Assembly: GCA_029858565.1 (NCBI GenBank)
Contig: JAOUEV010000053.1
Coordinates: forward strand, 1-23,088
Origin: Nitrospirota bacterium
Lineage (GTDB): Bacteria; Nitrospirota; UBA9217
Length of the DNA: 23,088 bases
Reading direction: 5' to 3'
In this document: positions 16,879-23,088 of the stretch, in pieces
Numbering within the stretch: the first letter of the stretch is position 1
Layout of the letters: each line of letters starts with the position of its first letter
The notes under the pieces: generated by a model
Seen by the model: only the letters and a program-made list of their open reading frames with translations
What the model was told of the DNA's origin: nothing
The model's database searches: none
Translations under genes and position numbers: made by a program

Positions 16879-17678
16879 TAGTGCGCGCCTCCTCCCTTGC
16901 GGAAGATCAGGCCGACGCCGAACCCCGCGCTGAGCGCGATGCCGATCGAGAGAAAGCCGTATACCGCCGCGCTTTCCTTTGCCATCGCGGCCAGCGTCTT
17001 GACCATGCCGACCTGCTCGACCTTCACGTGCGACTCGGCCTGCTCCACGACCTTGCCGTCCTTGACCGCGTAAACACTGACGGTGTAGTCGCCCGGCGCG
17101 GCCTGGTAGGGCCACTGGGTCATGATGTAGTACTCCTGATGGCCGTCGGCAAGCGCGGTCGTCTCGATCCTGCTGTCCCCGGCGCTGTAAAGGTGCTGTG
17201 CCTCCTTGAACTTCACGAACTCGCCAAACCACTTGGACCGGTCCTCAGCCGTCTTCACCGGCTCAATGACAACGTGCTTCTCCAGGGCGGCGTATCCCAG
17301 GGAATATTTTTCCCGTTCAGCCGGGGTCACGATGTCTTCGATCTTCTTGGTGCCCCAGATCTCGTACAGGTTCGGCGTGTCTTCAAAGGACAATGTGCCG
17401 ACGTTCATCCAGAGCAGTCCCGCGACCTTGCCCTTCTGTTTCAGGACCTGATGGCCCTCGGGCGAGGTGATCTTGATCACCAGGTCCCTGCCCGGATCGG
17501 AGAGACCTTTCACGCCGACCGTGCTGCCGTGGTAGAAGAAGTCAATGGTGATGTGGTCGTGGTTCGCCTTCGCCGTCAGCATTGCTGAAGCGTTGCCGGC
17601 AAACCCGAACAGGATGATCAACGCTGTGATAATTACCGTTCTCAATCCGCAATCCGCAATCCGCAATCCGCAATTCAT
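16878..17678 (-). CDS. TIGR02186-type membrane-anchored protein (TSUP partner)
   Basis: Signal peptide, ITIDFFYHG, KGKVAGLLWMN, APGDYTVSVY, and a C-terminal TM (AVYGFLSIGIALSAGFGVGLIF). Directly follows the TSUP gene; start is ATG 17678. Confidence 0.8.
   Translation of the reverse strand: MNCGLRIADCGLRTVIITALIILFGFAGNASAMLTAKANHDHITIDFFYHGSTVGVKGLSDPGRDLVIKITSPEGHQVLKQKGKVAGLLWMNVGTLSFEDTPNLYEIWGTKKIEDIVTPAEREKYSLGYAALEKHVVIEPVKTAEDRSKWFGEFVKFKEAQHLYSAGDSRIETTALADGHQEYYIMTQWPYQAAPGDYTVSVYAVKDGKVVEQAESHVKVEQVGMVKTLAAMAKESAAVYGFLSIGIALSAGFGVGLIFRKGGGAH
17643..17674. repeat. heptamer tandem repeat (CAATCCG)x4 + CAAT inside the 5' end of the TIGR02186-type gene
   Basis: CAATCCGCAATCCGCAATCCGCAATCCGCAAT, translated on the minus strand as NCGLRIADCGLR. 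Confidence 0.9.
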
Positions 17679-17680
17679 GA

Positions 17681-18607
17681 TTAATGTCCTCCTGCCTGGG
17701 ATACGAGCAGCGCCGGTGTCATGGTCAGCTCGAAGATGATCTTCACGGTCACGATCAGCACGATGCTTGCCAGCAAGACCTTGAGTTGTTCGCCTTTCAG
17801 CTTCCGTCCAAAGACCGTTCCGATCTGGGCGCCGACGGTGGAGCCCAGGAGCAGCAGCACCGCCAGCAGGAAATCCACGCTGTGATTGGTATAGGCCTGC
17901 AGGAAAGTAACTTCGATGCACGTAAAGAGGATCTGGAAGAGGCTCGTGCCGACCACCACATGCATGGGCATGCGCAGCATATAGACCATCACCGGGACCA
18001 TCAGGAAGCCGCCGCCCACGCCCATGATCGCCGCCAGGATGCCGACAAAGCCGCCGAGCACCACGGGCACAAGGGCCGAGTGCGTGACGCCGGACTTCTC
18101 GAACCTGGTCTGGAGCGGCAGCGATGCCAGGAACCGGCCCACAGGAGACTCTTTCTGCTCCCTGGTATCAACGGCTGCGGCGTCCTTCTTTTTCCGGAGG
18201 CTCTGTATGCTCTCGATGAACATGTACACGCCCACGATGCCGAGCATCAGCACGTAGGTCATCTTGATCACGAAATCGGCGTTGCCCATGGCATGGAGCA
18301 GCTTGATCGCCTGCACGCCGATGATGCCGCCAAGGAACCCGCCGATGAGCAGATAGAGGCCCATCTTGAAGTCCACATTGCCGACCTTCCAGTGGGCGTA
18401 AGTGCCCGAAGTGGACGCGGCAACGATCTGGTTCGAATCCGTTGCAGCCGCGACTGTGGACGGGATGCCGAACATGATGAGCAGCGGTGTCAGCAGAAAG
18501 CCGCCGCCCACACCGAAGAGGCCGGACAACAGTCCGACGGCCAGGCCCAGGCCGACGGGAACGAGAATATTGATGCTGGTAAGTGCTACGGGTAAGTACA
18601 GATACAT
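17681..18607 (-). CDS. sulfite exporter TauE/SafE (TSUP) family membrane protein
   Basis: MYLYLPVA, LSGLFGVGGGFLLTPLL, second repeat AAIMGVGGGFLMVP, and VVGTSLFQ. Very hydrophobic. Confidence 0.93.
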   Translation of the reverse strand: MYLYLPVALTSINILVPVGLGLAVGLLSGLFGVGGGFLLTPLLIMFGIPSTVAAATDSNQIVAASTSGTYAHWKVGNVDFKMGLYLLIGGFLGGIIGVQAIKLLHAMGNADFVIKMTYVLMLGIVGVYMFIESIQSLRKKKDAAAVDTREQKESPVGRFLASLPLQTRFEKSGVTHSALVPVVLGGFVGILAAIMGVGGGFLMVPVMVYMLRMPMHVVVGTSLFQILFTCIEVTFLQAYTNHSVDFLLAVLLLLGSTVGAQIGTVFGRKLKGEQLKVLLASIVLIVTVKIIFELTMTPALLVSQAGGH

Positions 18608-18682
18608 CGTGAAAGCTCCTTTTCAGTGAATTTGATCATGTGGTGACTGGACATTCTTTGTTGATGGAATACCGGTGCAGGA

Positions 18683-18720
18683 CGTTTCTCCGCGTCTCCC
18701 CGTCCCCGTTTCTCCGCGTC
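18683..18720. repeat. short direct repeat CGTTTCTCCGCGTC x2 with ~8-nt periodicity
   Basis: Identical 14-mers at 18683-18696 and 18707-18720, 24 bp apart, just after the stop of the 184-aa gene. Confidence 0.6.
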
Positions 18721-18726
18721 GGAATT

Positions 18727-19281
18727 CTAGAATCCCGCTGACGGTACATAGCGCATGGGCGCGCCTTTCTGCGCCCGTGCTTCCCGTGCGGCGCGCACCG
18801 ACTGCCTGGTCATGGTCACGATCGGCCGCGACGCGCTCCTTACCAGGCGATTGAGGTCCTTGGTCGTAAGCGCTTCGCTCTCGGTCACCGCGGGGCTCAG
18901 CACCACCTTGTCGATGCTCTGATTGCCCTTCAGGAATGTACGGATCCCGCTGATGAGGTCCCTTTCCATGTTCTGGACCTCGAGCCGGACGCCTGCCTTG
19001 CTCGATGCCACGATCATCTCGGTGATCTTCCTGTCGATCGAGCCCGGCTGCTCGCGGTCCTCTCCTGCCGCCAGCTGCAGAGCGGTCTGTTCTTCGCCTG
19101 CTTCGGCAAAGGCCACGCCTGCCATCAGGTCGTTCACCAGTTCGCTGGCCTTTCTTCCATTCCGCACCAGCAGCAGGACAATGTCCTCGGCCATTGCCTT
19201 GGCAAGCTCGATGGCATAGGAGATCCCTTCATCGATCTGCTCGTTGCGGTAGGTCACAAACAAAAGCTGTCTTGTGTTCAT
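18727..19281 (-). CDS. hypothetical protein, degenerate USP-like fold; first gene of the sigma54 operon
   Basis: AAGGAGGAG RBS. LLFVT...GISYAIELAK...IVLLLV and IDKVVLS...LVRSASRPIVTM echo USP topology. Confidence 0.75.
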   Translation of the reverse strand: MNTRQLLFVTYRNEQIDEGISYAIELAKAMAEDIVLLLVRNGRKASELVNDLMAGVAFAEAGEEQTALQLAAGEDREQPGSIDRKITEMIVASSKAGVRLEVQNMERDLISGIRTFLKGNQSIDKVVLSPAVTESEALTTKDLNRLVRSASRPIVTMTRQSVRAAREARAQKGAPMRYVPSAGF

Positions 19282-19314
19282 GGTCGCTCCTCCTTGATTC
19301 TTGAGACTTATAAG

Positions 19315-19330
19315 AGCAAGAGGGGTGCCA
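19315..19330 (-). promoter_or_regulatory. sigma54 promoter TGGCACCCCTCTTGCT
   Basis: Exact TGGCAC-N5-TTGCT, 33 bp upstream of ATG 19281. Confidence 0.88.
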
Positions 19331-19335
19331 GAAGT

Positions 19336-19348
19336 TAAGTCGTTGATT
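19336..19348 (-). promoter_or_regulatory. IHF binding site AATCAACGACTTA
   Basis: Exact match to WATCAANNNNTTR just upstream of the -24 box. Confidence 0.7.
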
Positions 19349-19534
19349 GCTTGCGGTTTATCGATTCGAGGGGACGTGACGAGTGTTTCAGATATGAACG
19401 CACATGAACGGTCTGTGTTTCCGGGGATCTTCAGTAAGAAAGGGGTTGGTCTTTTTATCCGCTATTAACAGGCTCAAGATGCATTATGTGAACGCGGCCT
19501 ATGGCGGAAATGGTGAATGTGATGGTGAGACAGG

Positions 19535-19557
19535 TTCTGTTTCATATTGGGACAGAA
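19535..19557. promoter_or_regulatory. putative enhancer-binding-protein site TTCTGT-N11-ACAGAA
   Basis: TGTTTCA-TAT-TGGGACA dyad about 210 bp upstream of the sigma54 promoter. Related half-sites TGAGACA (~19526) and TGTTTCA (~19384) are nearby. Confidence 0.5.
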
Positions 19558-19560
19558 ATG

Positions 19561-20892
19561 CTATTCCTCCTTTAAGATCCTCCATAAACTTGTGCGCGAG
19601 ATGCCGAGGGCCTCGGCGGCCCTGGACCGGTTCTCCCCGAAGAATTCGACCACGCGCTCGGCATATTCCTTGTTCAGCTCCTCAATGGTCTTGATCTTGC
19701 CGGGCTGCACGGTCTCGATCTGGAAGACCTTCATGCTCTGCGGAAGGCTGGCGGGAGTAATGACAGAGGTCTTCTCGAGCATGATCGCCCGCTCGATGAT
19801 GTTCTCCAATTCACGGACGTTCCCGGGAAAGCTGTAGGACCGCAGCACGTCCATGGCCTCCTGCTGGATCTCGGTGATCTTCTTGTTCGACTTGGGCAGG
19901 TGCTTCTGCAGGAAATATCTTGCAAGAGGCTCGATATCGTCCTTGCGCTCGCGCAGGGGAGGGATGGCGATCTCCATGACGTTCAGGCGGTAGTAGAGAT
20001 CCTCGCGGAACTTGCCGCGGCTTATGGCGCTGCGCACATCCTGGTTCGTGGCGGCGATGAACCGCACGTCCACTATGATCGGCTTGGTCCCGCCCACGCG
20101 GAAGAACTCGCCCTCCTCGATCACCTTCAGCAGCTTTGCCTGGAGGTTCGGCGCCATTTCCGCGATCTCATCAAGGAAGAGCGTTCCCGTGTCCGCGATC
20201 TCGACCAGGCCCTGCTTGGTCCTGACCGCGCCGGTGAATGCGCCCCGTTCATGGCCGAAGAGCTCCGAGGCCAGCAATTCCTCGGTCAGGGTCGCGCAGT
20301 TGATCGCCAGGAACGGCCGCTCCTTGCGTCTGCTCGTGAAATGCACGATCCGGGCAAGCAGGCTCTTGCCCACGCCGGTCTCGCCGGTGAAGAAGATGTT
20401 GCTCTCCGATTCCCTGATGCCCTCGATGGTGTCGAGGATCTCCCGCATGGGCTTGCTCTTGGCGATGATCGAAACCTGGCGGTCCATGCCGAGATAGGTC
20501 TTGAGCGCAAGGTTCTCGCGCATGAGCCCCCTGCGCTCGCGGAGCTTGTTCACCTTCAGGATCAGCTCGTCCAGGTCAAAAGGTTTGGTCACGTACTCCA
20601 CAGCGCCCTTTTTCATCGCGTCCACCGCGGACCCGATGCTGCCGAACCCCGTGATGATCACCACGTCGGTCTCGGGCGAAAGCTCCTTGACCCGGTCCAG
20701 AAGCTCGATGCCCGTTAATCCCGGCATCTTGATGTCCGCGATCAGGAGGTCATACACATCATTCTCGATCTTGCGCAGCGCGTCGAGACCGTTCGACGTT
20801 CCGACCGCCTTGTTCCCTTCCCGGGACAGGGCGTTCACCAGGTGTTTGACCGTTATCTCTTCGTCATCGGCGATCAGAATTTTGTAAGCCAT
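19561..20892 (-). CDS. sigma54-dependent response regulator (NtrC/AtoC family; REC-AAA+-HTH)
   Basis: ILIADDE, DIKMPG, GETGVGKS, ELFGHERGAFTGA, LFLDEI, FREDLYYRLNV, PGNVRELEN and AAEALGISRTSLWR. Confidence 0.96.
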   Translation of the reverse strand: MAYKILIADDEEITVKHLVNALSREGNKAVGTSNGLDALRKIENDVYDLLIADIKMPGLTGIELLDRVKELSPETDVVIITGFGSIGSAVDAMKKGAVEYVTKPFDLDELILKVNKLRERRGLMRENLALKTYLGMDRQVSIIAKSKPMREILDTIEGIRESESNIFFTGETGVGKSLLARIVHFTSRRKERPFLAINCATLTEELLASELFGHERGAFTGAVRTKQGLVEIADTGTLFLDEIAEMAPNLQAKLLKVIEEGEFFRVGGTKPIIVDVRFIAATNQDVRSAISRGKFREDLYYRLNVMEIAIPPLRERKDDIEPLARYFLQKHLPKSNKKITEIQQEAMDVLRSYSFPGNVRELENIIERAIMLEKTSVITPASLPQSMKVFQIETVQPGKIKTIEELNKEYAERVVEFFGENRSRAAEALGISRTSLWRILKEE

Positions 20893-21056
20893 GGATACCT
20901 CATAAGGGCAGCGATAGAGCTCTCAGCAGCAAGTCGTAAGCGATCTAGCAACCGCTTGATCGATCTGCTGTTCCCATGTTCTGCCCTTTTCCCTTGCCTC
21001 TGACAACTTTAATCTTTCCGCTTTAATGCTTACCGCTCTACAGCTTACTACTGCAT

Positions 21057-22628
21057 CTATATTTTTCGCGGCAATCGTATCGTGAACGCCGTTCCTTGTC
21101 CTTCTTCACTTTCCACAGTGATCTCGCCGTAATGCTTCTTGATGATATTGAACACAATGGCGAGGCCCAGGCCGGTGCCTTTGTCCTTGGTCGTGTAAAA
21201 GGGCTCGAACACCTTGTCCAGTCCTGAACGCGGGATCCCCGGGCCGTTGTCCGCGACGCGGACCGTGACCGCTTCATCAAGCGCGATTACCTGCACGCTG
21301 ATGGTCCCGCTTCCCTCCATGGCGTCCTGGGCGTTCGTAAAAAGGTTGATGAACACCTGTTCCATCTGCTCGGGGTCCGCCTGCAGCAGGACACCCGCGG
21401 GATCAGCATCGACCAGGAACCGCACGGCGCTTTGCTCTCCGGCGCTGCTGCGTGCGTAGGCCGCGGTGATCAGGCTGTTCAGCTCCACCTCCCGGGACCG
21501 CGGCTCACGGCCGCGGGCGAACTCCAGAAGATCGGCAACGATCTTTTTCACGCGCTTGGTCTGCCCCAGGATGTCATCGGCGACCTCGCGGACCGCGGGC
21601 GAGGCGGCGTTGCCCAGCTCGCGCGTCAGCACCTGCGTGGACAGATAGATGTTGTTCAGGGGATTGTTCAGCTCGTGGGCCACGCCTGCTGCAAGCGTGC
21701 CGATGGCCGCAAGCTTCTTCACCTGCACCAGCTCCTGGTTCTTCTTCTCCAGCTCCGCCTGGCGGTCGACCAGCAGACCTTCCATGTGGTCGAACTTCCT
21801 GATCAGCGTCCCAACCTCGTCGGTGCCCCACTTCATCTCCGGCGCATCGACATGGGCGAAGTTCCCTTTGCCGGTCTTCTCCACAACGTCGCTCAGCAGG
21901 TTCAGCCGGTTCACGATGTTCCGGGTGATCAGGAACAGCATCACCACGCCCGTGGCCAGGAAGAGCGGAACAACAATGATGATCGCCGCCTGGGAGATGC
22001 TGATGCCCCGCTCGACCTTGTCCCGGGCCTGGCGGTCCAGTTCCTTGGAGACATTGATGATCCCCTCACCGTTCTTTCGAAGAGCGGCGATCTCCTCATC
22101 GAGTTTTTCGAGACCGCGCAGAAGGCTGTGGGAAGGAGGCAGCTTGAAAAGGTCCCGCAGGAACTGCGCAGCCTGGCGCGGACGCTCATAGAACGCGGAC
22201 TCGACCAGGGGAAAGAACTCGGCATATTCGGTCCGCATCTGGCGCAGACCGCGCAGCTCACGGTTCAGCGTCTTGAGCAGCACCTCGATGGCATCGAATC
22301 CCCAGCGGTAATCCCGGACAAGCCACTGGAGCTCAGGAAGAACGCCGTTCCGTCCAAGAGGCGCAGGCGCGGCAAGGATGGAGTCCAGCTCGTCAAGATA
22401 CCGGTGGATCGCTTCCGACTCCTCCCGCGACTTAGCCGGGCTGTAGAGGAAATAGTTCTTCTCGTGTCTCCGGAGCTGGAGCGACTTGCTCCGGACCGTG
22501 TCCGTCAACTCAAGGAAGCGGATCTCGTTCTTGATGACGTTGAAATTGACGTATTCAAATACGGCAAGGAGCGCGATGATCCCGGCGCTGATGAAGAAAC
22601 TGATGGCTATTTTCTTCTTAAGGGACAT
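21057..22628 (-). CDS. membrane sensor histidine kinase (2 TM, periplasmic domain, HAMP, HisKA, HATPase)
   Basis: Two TM helices, [24 protein letters not shown]-box [31 protein letters not shown] and GTGLGL. Confidence 0.95.
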   Translation of the reverse strand: MSLKKKIAISFFISAGIIALLAVFEYVNFNVIKNEIRFLELTDTVRSKSLQLRRHEKNYFLYSPAKSREESEAIHRYLDELDSILAAPAPLGRNGVLPELQWLVRDYRWGFDAIEVLLKTLNRELRGLRQMRTEYAEFFPLVESAFYERPRQAAQFLRDLFKLPPSHSLLRGLEKLDEEIAALRKNGEGIINVSKELDRQARDKVERGISISQAAIIIVVPLFLATGVVMLFLITRNIVNRLNLLSDVVEKTGKGNFAHVDAPEMKWGTDEVGTLIRKFDHMEGLLVDRQAELEKKNQELVQVKKLAAIGTLAAGVAHELNNPLNNIYLSTQVLTRELGNAASPAVREVADDILGQTKRVKKIVADLLEFARGREPRSREVELNSLITAAYARSSAGEQSAVRFLVDADPAGVLLQADPEQMEQVFINLFTNAQDAMEGSGTISVQVIALDEAVTVRVADNGPGIPRSGLDKVFEPFYTTKDKGTGLGLAIVFNIIKKHYGEITVESEEGQGTAFTIRLPRKI

Positions 22629-22634
22629 GGGGAT

Positions 22635-22664
22635 ACTGTATCACAGTGCGATAGCGTCCTGCAA
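22635..22664 (-). promoter_or_regulatory. sigma70-type promoter TTGCAG-N18-TACAGT (TGn-extended) 6 nt before the kinase ATG
   Basis: Minus strand ...TTGCAG...TGATACAGTATCCCCATG, with no Shine-Dalgarno. Confidence 0.5.
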
Positions 22665-22821
22665 TGCCCGGAGGGGCCGCTGCGGCGGGATTTCATTCTG
22701 TTCAGGAGAACTTGTTGCAAATCGCCACGGTTTTCCGTGTCACGATCTTGCCTTGGAGGCGCGATCCCTTTCGAGACCGACATGCGGTGAACCCGGCATG
22801 CGGAAGGCGGTTCGGGGTATG

Positions 22822-23088
22822 CTACGATTTCACGACAAGGACCGGGCAGGTAGCGGCGCCGATCACTTTTTCCGTCACGCTGCCCATGAGCAGCCTGCGC
22901 AGGCCGGTCCTGCCGTGGGACCCGACGATGATCATGTTCACGTCCTGCTCCTGACCGAGCTTCAGGATCGCCTCATCAGCCTCGGCCTCGCCCACAAAGG
23001 TCTCGACGGCAACACCCGCTGCTTCGGCCTTTTTCCTCACCGCCGCGGTATACTCCTTTGCTTTTTTGACCAGGTCCTCCACCGCCTG
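22822..23088 (-). CDS. universal stress protein, 3' part (5' end outside the window)
   Basis: MIIVGSHGRTGLRRLLMGSVTEKVIGAATCPVLVVK. The frame is open to the window edge. Confidence 0.9.
   Translation of the reverse strand, partial: QAVEDLVKKAKEYTAAVRKKAEAAGVAVETFVGEAEADEAILKLGQEQDVNMIIVGSHGRTGLRRLLMGSVTEKVIGAATCPVLVVKS

Noticed and set aside
16879-17232. N-terminal extension of the 405-aa USP ORF (and likewise the 347-aa ORF start at 17921)
   Set aside because: These are out-of-frame overlaps with upstream genes. The true starts at 16878 and 17678 have RBSs and sit at the upstream stop codons.
2604-22790. Long antisense ORFs (2604-3584, 3715-4863, 5468-6739, 10483-11724, 11770-13557, 15985-18595, 19900-20718, 21432-22790)
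   Set aside because: Shadow frames of well-supported genes in high-GC DNA, with no motifs or RBS.
1-23088. tRNA, rRNA, transposase or resistance genes
   Set aside because: None recognised by inspection; tRNAscan-SE or Infernal would be needed to exclude small RNAs.

Overview
GC-rich bacterial chromosome segment. The gene content (iorAB, triheme c7 cytochrome, sigma54-controlled TSUP/USP cluster) resembles anaerobic Nitrospirota or Desulfobacterota; this taxonomy is an inference. The left end holds an apparently sedentary integron: an unusually long (464 aa) integron integrase with what looks like a duplicated N-terminal DNA-binding domain, a Pc-like promoter, an attI site, one AT-rich cassette encoding a secreted protein, and a 57-bp attC. 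Next come a paaK-iorA-iorB operon, a c7-type triheme cytochrome, rlpA, a cytochrome c'-like gene with a class II CRP/FNR-type promoter, a Dabb protein, a YycJ-like metallo-hydrolase, a membrane hybrid histidine kinase, a small Cys-rich ORF behind a sigma54 promoter, and a Dus enzyme. The right part is a minus-strand cluster: partial USP, sensor kinase, NtrC-type regulator, then a sigma54/IHF promoter driving USP-like, TauE/SafE exporter, TIGR02186-type protein and two USPs. Many intra-operon spacers contain inverted repeats or tandem arrays built from 7-9 nt units.
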